Of a DNA stretch of 64,000 nucleotides, positions 35,701-50,279 are shown one piece after another (the stretch's first letter is position 1; the number at the start of each line of letters is the position of its first letter). The notes under the pieces are model-generated. The model saw only the letters and a program-made list of their open reading frames with translations, searched no databases and had not been told where the DNA came from. This DNA comes from Raillietiella orientalis (Eukaryota), in contig JAYWIR010000004.1 of NCBI GenBank assembly GCA_036172245.1, positions 3,782,001 through 3,846,000 of the forward strand. Reading direction: 5' to 3'. A program made the translations under genes and the position numbers.

Positions 35701-38700
35701 GTTTGAATGAACTCGGACCACATTTGGGAAGAAAAGAGTCATTTGTTTCTGAATATGCAAGAGAAAAGATCTCCAAATTCATTTTATCGCTGAACCCTCT
35801 AATAGATTAGCCAAGTTTGCAAGACAACTTAGAAGCACAAGTGTTTATTACTAACAGGCATTTGTGATTTTTGCAAGTGTTCACTCGTAATGAATTTCCT
35901 GAGTTACCAATTTTTGATTCCTCACTCGTGACTCTTGAGACCGAAATACTCATAAGATGAGATGATAACAAATAATAGTAATGAGAGCTTATTTTCTACG
36001 AATAGAAGCGCAAGCTCGATTGCCTTCGAGAAGTTCCGCCTTTTGATATTCTTAGATAGACATTATTATGCAGCTGCCTTTGACATAATTGCATAATTAA
36101 TTACTGAGAATTCCTAGCCTAGCATGAATATTTTTCTGTTTCCTAAAATCACCATTCCTTATTTCCTGAAGCAGGGATGCCAACAAATGAAACAATCCCG
36201 AAAATTTCCGAGCCTTTTATGGTGAATAGTAACCTTGTGAGTCACCTTGAAATCGTCTCGCGATGATCGTAAAATGCAATGTATAAAGATCAAAGGGATG
36301 GCAGTTCATCAACAGCGATGGGCCCCAGTTTCCTGAAGGTAATGTCCTCTGGTTGTGGCAAAGTAAAATATCCACTGGGAAAACATTTGGAGCAACCCTT
36401 TTTCTTTTTTTTTCCACAGGAAACAGAAGAAAAACCCAGTGTCAATTACTACCCTCCAGGTTTTTCTTTTCTTGAAGATGTTCAGAACAAACGGATCTGA
36501 AGAAAAACGGACCCCAAATCTGCTGAAGGAATTTTTTTCAGAATCGTGTAATATGTGAGAACGGCACTCACCAAAGCATGAGTTGATATTCGCAATGTCG
36601 ATTTTCAAACTGCTGTCTATTGCCAAAGATCATTCATACACAGAATACATTTGGTGCATTGCATCTGTTCCCTTTGAGACTTAAACTTCAAGTTCGTGGT
36701 CTCGGCTGTGATTTCCGTTTGTTGTACGATTCTCCCTGGCTGAAATTATAAAACAGGGACCAAGGATCACCGTCTCACTCTTTGGCTACCATCTGAATAT
36801 GAAGTTTGAGTAGAGTGTGGAGTTCCTGAAGATGACTTAGAAATTCCCTATTGGTCCTTCTACTTTATGACGCCACCTTTTCCTTTCATGAATGCCATAA
36901 AAGGATTCAGCTTACCAATCGCCAATATTTTCCGAAAAAAACAAGCAAACTTCTTTCGAAGATGCTGTGATTAGGGGAAAGGCACTGCCAAAAAAACAGT
37001 GAAATTCAGAAACAACTGGATCAAAAATCATTCCTTTGTTTTCTGCAGTCTCGCTTTGCTCATCTTAGGCTGGCGCCTGTTCTACTACAGAAAGGCTCTC
37101 TTACTCACTCTGAGACAGTTGTGACATCGACTCTTATGCCCAGAATTCCCTTAGAACTGCACATAAGAAAACACGGGCATACAAAAAAGCAAAAACAAAA
37201 TCCTGTTGAATGAAGCGATTTCTTGGTCCTGCTGACCATTTCTCTCCCCCCCCTCCCTTAGATGGCATTGATGAATGCGAGACACTCGCATGAGGGGATT
37301 TCGTGTCACAACTCTCTCACGTCGGTTCCGTGTAGCACCAACTGCTAAAGACACCTCTCAACGGAGTGAAAGTCATACAGAAGAATCGGTCTGATTTAGT
37401 GTCTGATTCATCTGTTAGCTCCTTATTCCCATTTCGGGAATCGTGTAAGCCCCTGGTATTTCTGTCATTGTGAATACGAACCATTTCGTCGAGCTTCCCA
37501 CAAGTTTAGCCCATTTTGTAGTCGCCCATGCATTCATTCCTCTCATTCCTCTCCATTGAAAACGAAATTTTCTGAAAACATGATCTATTTTTTCTGCATG
37601 AGAACATAGCCTAGGATACGGCGTAGATCTTTCGGCTTCCTCTGGAGAAAATAATAATCCGTTGCAGAGAAGCCTCATCCGTCTCCAAGGTGTGCACATT
37701 CGTGCCTTTGATCCCCGAATCGTTTGTATTTCTCATATGCTTCCTTATTAGTTTCTTTTGACAATCCTAGTTAATCTTCGCAGTTTTTACGCCTTCTGCT
37801 TGACACATGCTCTATTTTAGAAAAGCTGCTTCTAATGGATGTTGAATTTGGCACCGTAAGTCATGCAACTGAAGAGTGGACATGCCTGGATAAAGGATAC
37901 AGAAATCTAGAAAATATACATCTCAGAATTGTGTTTTAAGGTTTCGTGGGGTCTTGTGTTTGATTGGTTCTATTTTTAACTATAAAAGATGAGGGGACTT
38001 TTCTGCTGGAAGAAAGAAAAAAAAGGATGCTCCGCCAACGAAGGATTCACCTCAGGTTGACTCAAGAGTTGATCTCCTCTTAGAGAACATTTTCTTCTAT
38101 CAAAAGTGTTCTAATACGTATTGAACATTCTTCAACGATCTGGAGGATTTCGAGTCCACTTCCTTCCTGGGCAACAGAGAAACATTGAGTTCTTGATTCT
38201 TTTTAAATAAATTTTTACGTATGTTCTGGCATATCTACAAACACATAAGTTTGATTTTTCGCTCTGCAGATCACTGGTCCAGATAGGAAACTTAAGCCTG
38301 GATGACTGCAGTGTTTTTCGGTGATGCCCTCAATGTAGCAATGGAGTCATGATCGTAAGCGTTGGAGCACTTCTAAAGGCCATGAATGCACGCTGTTGCA
38401 AGCTGTGAGAGAATATTTTCTAAAAACTGTCAGTAGTGGCACAGATCTTTCTGTCGATAGTGTTATGATATAGGTTTGGTGACTAGCAGATCAACCTTGC
38501 CCAGTTTTGTTCTCACCCAGATCTTGATCCGGAATTTAGGCCATAATACAGGAAAATTCTCCCCGATCTACTTCCCTAATTATTTCTTCAGTTTCTGTTC
38601 GACCATCCATTCCCACAAATACATTTGTCCAATCTCCAAGCTAAGCTCCACTGCTCACATATTCCACATCACTTAAAGAAATCACCCGCTACCTCCTGCT

Positions 38701-40559
38701 CCAGACAACACTCGGAATTAAGAAACGTGTGTGCAAACAAGACCGGGGTTATGTTTCTGTCAACTGATGATTCATGGACTCGTGTGGCTTGAAAGCAGCA
38801 AAAGCATTTTGCAAATCAAAAAAAAAAGCGACGCGATAGCCATCGAAAAAGGTGTGCACACGTTTTGGAGCCACTGATTCTGAGGAACGCTTTCCTTTAT
38901 ATTAACATTAGCAGCATTTTTTTCGGGCCTTTGCATGACGTGGATTTAAGTGGACTGCAGTGAGATCCTCGATGTGTATCACAGAGGAGCTAAATTGAAA
39001 TGGATTTGCTTTCCTGACGTCTTCAACAAGTTTAATGTGGTTTTAAGCCGTTCCGTAAGACAAAATAAGTTTTCCTCTAAGAATGCAGGGATAGTGCAAT
39101 TGGACAGATCATGGAATGATCCTTTCTGTCTCAATAAATAGCAATAGAGTTTTTTGCATTTGTTTTAATAAGCACTTCCCACAGAATCTTCATTCCATTG
39201 TCTACATCGTAGAGACTGCCAGTGTTTACTTTCCTTTGATGACATTATAGTGCATTCCGTTTCACATCCCGTTTCCATGACGACGTGAAAACCAATCTAA
39301 CTCATCTAATAAAGAGTGATAAAATCAATGGAATTTCGAGATGCTTTGTAGAGAATCTAAGAAACTTCAACAAAAAGTCATAGATTTTCCTTTTATTTTC
39401 CTTTGCAGCCATGTAGGTCTGTATGCTCACCCTGTACAGTCAAAAATCATTTGCATGATTTCCCCCTCTTAGTGGGCGCACACATTTCCTCAGCAACTTG
39501 ATGTCTGAGAAGATCAAAACTCGGTCAGGCTCAAAGCTCTGAGCTCCTACCACAGTTCCTCACTAGGAGAGAACGAGTAGGAATCCCTTCTCCTCTTTTC
39601 TCGTGTTCCAATAAGTGATGAATGCCCTGCAATTTGCAAGGTTTTGAAAGAATAGGCCACGTCGTAAATCCAGGTGATCAAGCACAAGAGTGTTTCCTCA
39701 TAAGAGGATCGCCGAAATACAGCAGTAGTTCTGAAGAGTACTGAGCACGTGATGCCACCATCTTCCGATTTTCAGCTCAACAAACATTCTTGGAACATAC
39801 CTTTGAAAGGAAATCCCAAATCGTACTCCTGGAGTCGTATTAAGAGGACTCCCCTGTCAGCTGACAGAGGAAACGGCATCCCTGAAAGCTCAAAATTCGT
39901 TCAGAGAAAATACAGAGATGCGCATTTTTTTTTCTTTTGCATTTTCCGTGCCATTTGTGCATTTTTAGTGATCATGGACCGGGCAGCATACTTTTCGAAT
40001 AGCGATCCTTCATGAGGCTGCTAAAATCTGCTGCTTGGCGAAGTGTAGGCGGCTGGTCCTCTACTTCAAGCAATTTAAAAGCGAATGCTTTGGCGCCGAA
40101 GCAGGAAGCAGCTCGCAGCTCCTTGTTGGTATGATCCGTGGAGCGGTCGCATCGCTGCATCTTCATCTGTACTTTGCCAACCGAAGAAAATGGCACATGC
40201 AGACGCAGCAGCAGCAGCACACTTTGCAGTGTTTTCTTTTTTGTTCTTTCCCCTCGAATTTTTTCTCCTTGGATTCCGGCCAGGTTGGTGTTTACTCGGT
40301 TCCTGTATTTGAATCGCAGCCACAGCCGTCGTTCTTTGTTTCGGGGTATCGACAAGATTGATTGATCTTTCTCCCTTTAGCTCTCCAAAATTTCAACTTC
40401 CTTGAACAACACAAAAAATTGGAATTAAAAACGAAGCCAGTAGTAGCTGAAGCACAAAGAACTTAGAACTCCTCCTTCTTCCATTTGAAGAAGAAGAAGA
40501 AAAGCAGAGTTAGAGAACAGGGAACCTATTCGCCAGTGAACTTTCCGAGTCTCGAATGC

Positions 40560-41450
40560 CTGATTAGTAGGTTTCGGTGAAACCTGGAGACAAGGCTAGC
40601 GAGTGGCAACACAGATGAGTCGAGGAATTGAGTCGTCCCAGATGCCAAATGTCACCGGATTGCATGCAAACTGCTGCTCCGGAAAGCAGGCAGAACGGAT
40701 TGTAGATGAATGCCAGCTTCCCGAAAAGCAGCCTCAACCCAGAATCCAATCCATCGTCCGGCATCGCCCCAGCTGCTCTTTCACCTGCTCCCGATGGGCA
40801 GCAATCCATGTTCCAAGTGAAGTAACCTATCAGCGGGTGCTCTTTTCGTGGGTCAGTGGATCAAAAAGGCGTGGCGAATGGCCTTCGTCAAGTGGAAGCT
40901 GAGGAAAAATTCATCTTCTGCACTTCTTTATGGGCGGAGATCTGCAGGACTCGAATCAAGATGTAGCAAGGAGAGCCAGCAGTTGGTGGAATGCTGTCTT
41001 CTGAAAGCTTCCGACTCTTTCTTGAGTACCAGACTGTCAGCTTTTGCCTCGAACGGATGTGGAGGTTGTAGCCTAACGCTGGATTCCTCACGGGGAGAGG
41101 AAGGGAATCCTCCAGTGAAGTCACGAGAGCAGAAAGCAGTAAAAATAATGGCCTGGAGCTGCGGAAGATATACGGACTCGTGTCGAGGAGACACGCCTTA
41201 CCCTTCCACCGGAAACGGACAAAAGAGACTCGAGGCATTTGGAAGTGCCAGAAGAGGCGCAGCTGTTTCTGGGGTTGAATCATTGGGGTTTTCATGGGCG
41301 ACCACAGATCACTGCTTCCAATTTATTGCGAAGGCCACTGCTCTGCTCTCTCGTGTTTTCTTCTTTTCTTTTTTTTTTTTTCTCATAGCGCGATCCTCTT
41401 CCTGCCAGCGAATTCTCTCCAAGGTGCCAGTAGTTCGCGAAATCCCTCCT
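40560..41450 (-). mobile_element. Decayed DIRS/Ngaro-like reverse transcriptase relic
   Basis: LRLFWHFQMPRVSFVRFRWKGKACLLDTSPYIFRSSRPLF (DL..AF.H....F.W.G..Y....LPFGL.SSP..F) and downstream LRLLFGKLAF (L.SL.GKL.F). Confidence 0.4.
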
Positions 41451-42627
41451 TGCGAGTCACTCTTGCAGGAAACAAAACTACGCTCCATTTCCTCTGCAAA
41501 GCACCCGGTCTGTTATGAGAGCGGCAGCAGTCGGCGAAGTCTATCGTTGTTCTGCTTGCTGGAGAGGAGTGCCCTCCGACTCCTGAAGCTCTGGGAATAG
41601 GAATGAGAAAGGAAAATGGGGAAAGGGGGAGCAAAAAAAGGAAAGAAAAAAAAACTCTTTTCTTTTCTCCCTAGTCTTGTTCCTAAATGACGTTTTTCTG
41701 CCATCCTTCCCGAGGAAATGAAGGGCAACCCTTAAACACGCAACATTGGATTGGTTGAGGGCCTGAGCGACACCGTGCTTGAATAGCAGAAGGAAACTTG
41801 GGAGAGAGATTTACGGGTTTGATCTTCCGCGAAGCGAAAATGCTAGCAGAAGGTATTAAGGATAGTCGCATCTCGAGGGGAAGGAGGAAGTTTCTGACCT
41901 TCCTTTTGTGATTTATGTGTGGCTTTGCTTACCTTTAGATTTTTACCTGACGTAAGAGTGAAGTTGGCGGGTGAAGATCTGCCGGCAGGGGGAATCGTTG
42001 CCAATCCCATCTCTTTCTCGTATCGGGGCTTCAGTCTTCCAAGGTCACCTTCCATGTGAGATTCTCAATTCGCATCCAATGTCCCAGGAGATGGTTCCAA
42101 GAGATGTCACAGAGGGACTGAATACGGAAGCATATCAACTCCTATCTTACATCTTCCGCTCGAAGTCACGTGGTCTTCAGCTCTTTTGATACCGTACTGG
42201 TAACCCAAATGCGAGCATCCTGCTGATCGCCTGAGATTGGTAAGAGTATATTGGCTCAAGAACTCCGTCGGCCAACAAGCAGAGCGCCAGTCGCCAACAT
42301 ATGCCTCTGTTTTCCTTGTCAGGTCTCTCCCAAGCGATAGGAGATCTGAAGAAAGCAGATGACATTCAGAGTGACAACACGTTATTCGCGTTGCAGAGCT
42401 GAGTCCCGTCTGAGCAGAGAACTCCCTCCTTCAATGGGCTCTTTGAATCTCATCAGTACCAGTTCTTTCTCCAAGCCTTTTCCATCGTGTTGCCAGATGA
42501 TCATGGCCTCAGTAAGATAAGAAGCTGATTGCGGATGTAATCATTTAGAATATTTTCTAGTATGACCCGCCAGGAACCTCACATTAATGTTGGGCGGAAA
42601 ATGCAAGCAGCAGCAGAGGAAGCACTC

Positions 42628-43356
42628 CACCATCTGTTCAGATCGACTGCTTGAATCGACAACTCGTCTTCTGGGAAAACCCAAATGAAGGTCCAGCTTA
42701 CTTTGATCAGCAGCGGTCCGTTCTGTGCTTCCAGTATGTATCACTGGGGCTCTGGACGCAAGTGCAGACCGCTTATTCTGACTCCCTCCCTACTTTTTCT
42801 GGATCTTCAGCGCACCGTCGTTCGCCGGATCCCACGATCCTACGGCAATCCCCTCCACCGTGGCTAGGACTTCTGTTGAGACCAAGCAGAGAATCCATCC
42901 TCGGTTTGCGCTCTCCTTTTTCCAAATCGAGACTGCTGGAATGCATGGGATCTCGCTCAGAGCTTTGACGTGTTCCACCACTGCTAGAATGATGACCGTT
43001 CCTTCGCCTCGAAGCACCGAATCCAGAATGGGATGCCTGGAAGCCGTCGGCCTGCTTTGTTTGAGGGTAGCCCTCTTGTTTTGGGTTTCACCGTTTCTCC
43101 GTGTCATTCCATGACCATCGCTTGGCGGCCGCTGCAGCCAGTTGTGAGTGTGACGCGGGGACTTCTCGCATGTCGCGGGTCTTTTGTCTTTTCCATCTCT
43201 GGTGAGCGATGCGCGTACCTGCGGAAGATTCAGTCGGGCGATCGTAACGCATAGGGAATGCTCTGATGCACCAAGGTCTCCCATACAAGCCGCGCTCTTC
43301 CAGTGATCTGCACGCTATGGAGATACGAATCTCCGTGCTTCTTTGCACTGCATCGT
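42628..43356 (+). repeat. 729-bp near-identical direct duplication, copy 1
   Basis: Matches 50427-51155 (offset 7799). I found only four substitutions, all transitions. Confidence 0.95.
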
Positions 43357-45449
43357 CAGTAGCAACGTTTCTTGTGTGGGTATCCGTAGTGTGGTCTCCG
43401 AAAGTAGGTTTCGGCATGTTGTCTTGGAACAATAAGAGAACGTCTTGGCCATCACGGATTTAGGAGCAAATAGAAAACGAGGGAGGAGAGCGAAGAATTG
43501 CAAAACTGCCTCCAATCAGAAGGTTTCCTTGCTCTCCTTCCCATCCACCAGTGGGATGCTGAGCCTCCGGTTGTAAATTTGACCCTGACGACCTTGAATA
43601 GGGTTCTAGTTCAATAGTTCAGGTAAGTGGGATTTGGGGTTTGGAGAGAGCAAAGCAACTTTCCTTCCGTGCAAGGCTGCCTCCATCCCTCCTTCCTCTC
43701 TTTTCCTCTTAGGGTTTACTTCGAGATTCTTTTCGAAGGCTGCACGAAACGAGACGTCTTGAGAGAAATTGACTAAGATGGTCCCAGAGGATTTTGAGGA
43801 TGATGGACTACTGCCGGTTCCCGCACGATTCCCGTTCAGTTGCCAGGATAGATATTCCTGTATGTAAACATTTGGAGATGATGATGCCCTTCGAGCGCAT
43901 CGTCTTTCGAGAAACGTCAGTGCCTCTTCCAGAACTTACCTTAGATCGATCCTCTGCCGTTCGGCATTGATGTATGTGCAGATCTTCGGGCATCTACCCG
44001 AGCACCCTCCGTGAATGCGAGATCAGGAAGATCGTAAAATGCGATGAGATCTTTGCCTTTGTATCAGGAAGACGGGAGGGGATTCTGAAGATAAAATGCA
44101 AAGACGTGACTCATCGATTCGAGGTTACGCCATTCCAGTAACTCGCCAAGAGGCCGATTTGTTTCTCGGCAGGAGCTACTTTTCCATGACAACGAATTTC
44201 CAGAAGCGCTGCTGCATCCGCAGCTTCCATACAAACGAAACAACAAAGGAAAAATCATCCTGGTTCTCTTTAGTGGAAAATAAGTGGTACTTCGATGCTT
44301 CCTTCCTTTCTCCCGTCAGTCATCTGATAAATGGATGTTCCTGCTGTGTGAGCCCATGTGGTCTCGACAAGATCCCGTTCTCTTCTAAATATCTTATCGT
44401 TGCAGGACTTTTTTTTCCTCTCCTTCCTTTTCTCCAACCGGCCCCATTTTCCAGGGATACCCTCGCGCAGCATTCCTTAGGAACTTTCTCTGACACTTTC
44501 TCCGGAGGAATATGTTTGCATAAGGGGATCATTTACTTTGGGGTACTTCCTGTTTCCGTGTTTTGTAACAATGACAACCGGGTGATCTTTTGTTATTGTT
44601 TTATCGTCCTGGGTTCCGGGATGAAAGTTTCCCCGACGACCGTTCTTGGATATGACACCATCTACTCGCTAATTTGTTTTAAGTGTGGAACTTCAAGAAG
44701 CAAAGGACCCTCCTCTTCCGAAAAGGAAGTGGTGATCTTTGTTACTCGTCACGTGCTCGTGGAAAGCACCTCGAACATATAGTGCTTTTGCATCCAAGCT
44801 TTGGGTGCCTCATTCATGGACGGGAAGTCCAAGATCCCCGCACTCCGACAGTTTTGACAGTAGTTTTGACAGAGTTAGGGTCTTCCGCAACACCACGAGT
44901 CCATGTTCGGTTGTCCACACTCGCAAGACGCAACCAAATGAATCCAAGCTTACCTGCATCTCCGGTACGTCTCCGTGGAAACTGTTTGCTGCTGCACACG
45001 AGAAGCTTGGGAATTATTCCAGTCGATCTGCATTGTTGCTTCTTGTTTCTTTTTCTAAAACATTTTTCCCTGTTTTTGGCTCCAGGGAACATGAAACTGG
45101 AGTGTTCTGAGTGAACGCCCATTTGTAGTTTGAGCCCTTCTTTTTGTCTTCTGGAATCAAGTAAGACCCCTAGAGAGGATGGCATCCTTCTTAGAATTCA
45201 GGCATCAGCGTAGGGATGATCTTCAGCAAGTTCGATTTTTCTGCTGCTGTTCACTTCCGCATTGAACGGATGGCATCACAGCTCTTCCTGTTACTCAAGA
45301 GGAAGGCCATAGTATATTGGAACAAGAAAAAAAAAGAAATTCTGATTCTTGTGGTTTTCGGTTTAAATTTTAGATCTGTTATGCCCCAGCAGATTTACTG
45401 AGGCGCATCTGGCAAAGTCACATAACTGATTGTGACTTTCGGAAACCAA

Positions 45450-46000
45450 GAGGTGTCTTAAATTTTCATCCGGCTGTAAACACTAGGCCTGTACATATTT
45501 CTTGCTTCGGAAATGTGCATGAATATACCGGTTCCTCTTCCGAATCGAAATTGTTCCTACTCGTTCATCGGGAGCTGGCTCATAGAGGCAGGCGAGTACA
45601 TTGAACAAACGTACTCAAAGGCTCCATTTGTGTGCTTGCTCGAGGTTGATTCTAAGAGAATGTGGAATGACCAAGGTTGCCAAGCACTCTGCCGTATCAT
45701 ATGATGAAATTTAATGTGCAATCCCCACCTGCATCTAAGAAACACGAATCCAGTAGTGTATGTATTGTAACAAATCTTCGTATGTTTGTGGGGCCACAGA
45801 TAAGCCTATTTTGAGGGGTAGGAGGTCACGTGCAACCTGATAAAGCCGATTCTAAGGCACGACAAAGGATCCGCAGAGTGAACCATAGTGAAGACAAGAG
45901 ATGCTTTAATCTGGACCAATATGACATCTCTGATACTGCACAAATGTTTTATCTTACAGATTCAATAGGCAAGTCACGAAGACTTTTCTCTATGGGCAGA
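45450..46000 (+). mobile_element. Possible decayed CACTA (En/Spm) transposase C-terminal relic
   Basis: DQYDISDTAQMFYLTD resembles the EPFILAS.A.QVFY..D motif of CACTA TNP2-like proteins. Single weak motif. Confidence 0.25.
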
Positions 46001-47099
46001 AATGAGAATTCTATGCTAAAAGACGTTTAGTTTCAATAGAAGAACTCCTGAAGTTAGGCCAGATTTAGTTTGAGGCAGTTAAATCTTATTATAAAAAAAG
46101 TTTAGAATTCCCGTTAGAATGAATTTACTGCAGTGTTGTTCTTCCTAGTGATTGCAATGTGTTGCTCGAGTTCGTTCTTTATGAGCATTTTGATTTGCAA
46201 GCTTTGAGAAAGGTTAAAAAAGCTGTAGTTTACTCTTTGCCATTTTGGAATGTCAGTACCGATTCCACTAATTTAGGAATGCAATTGTGCACTCGACCCT
46301 TTCCACGAACTTTGCTTGGATTTGAAAGAACATCTATTGTATATCAGGAAGGTCTCATTGTTTTCAAATTGCTTTGCAGTTTCGCAAGATCAAATCAGAA
46401 AATTTAAGGTTAAAAATGAGGATCATCTGGACGCAGGAAACCAATTTGCATCCGGTCTCCTGGCCATTCTGATGAGACAACTCGATGGAATGCAAACTGC
46501 AGATGAGAGACATGCCCAATTTGGTTCACTGTGAAGGAATGACAGAAGCATGGCTGCATTTCACATTGAAACCTTCATTGGTATTGTCCTCAAACTCTTC
46601 AAGCTCCGCCTCGCATCTCTTTTTTCAATTTCATGACCAGTGCACTCAGAGTTCTTTTTCCAGCCCTCAAAGCAAGGAGAACGAATGGTGAATTCGATTT
46701 TTGATCATAATTTAAAGGCAATTACTAACAAGAGCAGACAGCTGCTACATACGAGATTTCATGGGATCGCCCCTCCACGATTTCGTATCAGATCAGTTCG
46801 CCTATTATGAATATAGAATAAGAAGCACTTTGCATCCATCTTCCTTATTATAACAACTTTTAAAATTCAATGTTTCCTAGTTAGGATAGCGTGCTCACAG
46901 TGCGTAAGGAACATCCGATGTGGTGAACATTGAAGATTCATCCTTCTCAGATTCATCTTTTCTAAGCAGAAGATTCATTCTTCTGCTTAGAAATAACATA
47001 AGCGTGCCAATCAAAATCTTCCTTTAAAGATTTGGAAGTGTGCTTGGAAGTGAGAAATACTTCCATATGTTATCCATCTCATTAAAGCATTAGGGCACA

Positions 47100-48880
47100 T
47101 TTTTTTGCAAAGCAAGAAAATTGCACTGAGCGCTCACCGCGAAATCCATGCAAAAAAAAGCAGCATTCCTTCTTCTCACAAAAAGGTCTACGGAGAAACT
47201 CTTCAGCCTTTAGTAGTTCTTTCCAATGAAGTGGAAAATTTTGGTCACGAAAGTTTATCACGGACGATTCCAGAACCTCTTGTTTTCTTTGGAAGAAGAA
47301 TACAAAGAAAGCATTTCACAAACTTTTAGTAACTTGAGGCTCAGCAGACGGAGTAATACAGAAAATTGTGTTTGCTGGATCATGTACTATTCCTTTTGAA
47401 TTTTTCGAAACAGACGAGCGTTTTCATGTCTTATTGACAAGTGTGCTTCAGGAATAAAGCACGGCGTGGATCATGCATCTAACTGCGAAATATAAATGTA
47501 ACATGCATCTAACAGTATACCGTGAACACATGACGTATACTATGGTATGATCACTGGAAAGCAACGGACCGAGGAGTCTCTTTTCTATCAAATTCTCAAT
47601 TGGAATGGATCATGAAGGATTTCTAGAGTCTTCGTACGCACCTAGTTCAAATAAAGAGGAGAAGAATGGCCATCATAAAGGTTGCTTGTCCCTTCTAGAG
47701 CATCCTTGTTGCCCTCAGGATTGCTCTAGAAAGAGAGAAGACCAAATACAATATCTCTCTGAGTATCTGTCAACTACACATGTTCAGGTGATCGTATCAG
47801 AGCTCAAATATTTGGCTCTCTGCCGTCTTGGAATCCCCAAAATGAAGAGTCAATGCTATCTCTGGAGATCTTGCCACTATACCTCAACAGCGTGAGACGC
47901 CTCATGGTCTCTTCCAACATCCAATATGGTCACGATCTATATTGGGCTCACAGATTGGGACATTCTCTCGATGAAGTCAACGTGCAAGAGTCAGGACCAG
48001 ATAAACTAGACAATGCAAATGGAGATTTTTTGGAATTAATTCTATGACTTCATAAGGATAAAACAAGAAGACGCGGACATGAAGATGCAGATGGTGAAGC
48101 TTGCAAGGTGGTAAGGATTGTAACGATTCTTTCTCTTTTATTTCGTGTGATCCTTTCGTTCACTCAGTAGACATTCCAATTGGAATAGGTCGTGGAAGAT
48201 TTCCAGAGCAACCTCACCATCTACTCGTCCATTGCCAAAAGATTTTTTATCCACATCCAGTTTTTACAATGCATGTTGACTTAAGATACAAAAAATCATT
48301 GTGATGGATTTTACATCGTCTTCTGTATGGCCAGCTTTTCCATCTTAAGCAAGAGGTCTGGTCTTAAGGAAGAGGCTAAGGTTTTCGGGGAGCTGGTGAT
48401 CACTGCCAGTGACTCGACCGATGCTTCCAGTACATGACTCGTGAGTGTGAATTGTTGAACCATGTAAGATTCTTTCCTTTGGGGTGAAAGTCCTGCAAGT
48501 CTCTAGACAACTAATCTCAGGAGACGACTTAAAACTCCATCCAGGTCTAGTACTCTAGAGAGAAAGTCTAACCATAAGATTCTGTCACCTTATGATCTGA
48601 CAACTCGATGATGGTGCCTAGAAGAAGCATGACAAAGAAAAGAGACCAATACAGAAAATTGTCTCTAATCCCTGCCACCAGAAGACTATCTTCTGCAACG
48701 GAACGGTTGGTAGGATCCCTGGGATCCAAAGAGCCACGAGGTGCGCAGATAGTTCGAGACTTCCAGCTCAAAAGCGGAAAACGCGAAGAGAATGGTGATC
48801 TTCGCCAACATCCAGCACAGGCAGGGAATGCATTTGGAAGCTCCTGGTCACCGCTCAGGATGAACAACTGCTAGAGATCC
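47100..48880 (+). mobile_element. Decayed Ty1/copia integrase-RT relic
   Basis: RFQNLLFSLEEEYKESI (integrase), KGCLSLLEHP (FGC...H.P), QGGKDCNDSFS (Q..G.DY.ETF), LSKRSGLKEEAK (L.KS.YGLKQA) and ERLVGSL (Y..LVGSL). Confidence 0.5.
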
Positions 48881-50279
48881 CCCTATAGGATAAGAGTTAT
48901 TAAAAATCGTGGAAAATCTTTCAAACATTTATTACATATTTTGAAGTTACATTAATTTTCCATTTTATTTGGCATTCGAAACAACCATGATGTGTGCATC
49001 TTTGAGAGCAAGATTTCATTCATCGGGACTGCTCAGACATCAGATCAGAAGGTTCTGGAAAGATAACCGTCATGCGACAGCATGAAAGAAGCATGTTGAA
49101 GATGAGTTCTGGTATACGGCCTAAAGTGTTGCTCATAATCTTGTTCTGTTCTTTGATTGAAAAGGCGATGTGACCGGATTGCTCCCAAGATGTGTCAAAG
49201 CAGTTTGCAGAACACTTTGCACTCTCAGCGTTTCGTGAGCTGTAGCCAAATATCACATTTCGATATAGAGCGATGCTTCCATGCTCGCCGCGTGCCGTGA
49301 CCTACATCCTTAATAGAGAGTTTCTGAGAAATGTACTAATGAATATGGATCCAGTTTCTTATTGCCTATGTCCAATCTGATGTTTTCCGGGAGAACATAC
49401 AAAGAACACATGGGACAAGATCGCTGCCATGAATCTTCAGTAATTCCTCAAGAGAAACCGTTAATGTTCTTTCCGGAGTCAGCCAAATATTTTTCAGTAC
49501 ACACAAAAACGAGGCTGCTCGTTTGAAAACGGGGTCCCTGAAAGGAAAAGGACTAGCAACAAAAATAGGGAATGCGTTGGCATCCACCAGGATTAGTATC
49601 TCATTTTTCTATTGTTTTGTGTACTTCTGTGGGATGGATACTGGAGCACCAGCATTGTATCTTCGAAGCGCTGCGTTTAGAATGGTGGGATTCAATGAGA
49701 CATAGAAAATACGTGATGTCTAAGAAATAAACCGGACTTGGAGCCTTCGTTTCATAGAAATCAACAGGAATGCACAGCTCACAAAGATAGATTTATTTTT
49801 CACACTGATCACACTTCAGGACTCAGAATAAATGACAATGTATGTGCGCAAATTTCAATTTCGGTAGACATCCGTGCGGTAAATGATGCAGTCAAACCAA
49901 TCCATCTTTAGAAAACAGCCTCACGGAAGGAGCGAAATCTGCCTTCGACGCTGTCGTGCATTCGAACCTTCTCCGAGATGAAACAATCGCTCACATAGTT
50001 CTCAAGAGATTGCCTTATTTTGACGACTGCAGGGAACTAAAGTTAGGAAGAACAAAAAGTTGGTTAGAGTGGAAAGAAGGAAAACGTGAGTAGATAAAAG
50101 CAGGAAGTCACGTCGAGAGTGAGGATTGGGCATTAAAAGTTTCTCTGGAAGAAAACTTGCGTGCAAAATAAAAAATAAAGATGCGAATTTGGATGGAGAA
50201 TGAGCAACAGTCTGTGAAAATAGGAGGAAACTAAGTGGCGAATGTAGCAGCAAGACATTCTCTGCAGAGAGCAAATAGC

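Noticed and set aside
40848..41600. 250-aa plus-strand ORF as a gene
   Set aside because: No recognisable domain, and it lies antisense to the DIRS-like relic.
43200..43330. Gypsy aspartic protease-like GDLGASEH on the minus strand
   Set aside because: The motif is degenerate and its spacing to the putative RT start (LLADGVLEP near 42260) is inconsistent. Too weak to list as a feature.
44096..44782. 228-aa plus-strand ORF as a gene
   Set aside because: F/S/L-rich composition typical of an antisense frame. The opposite strand has faint gypsy RNase H-like traces.
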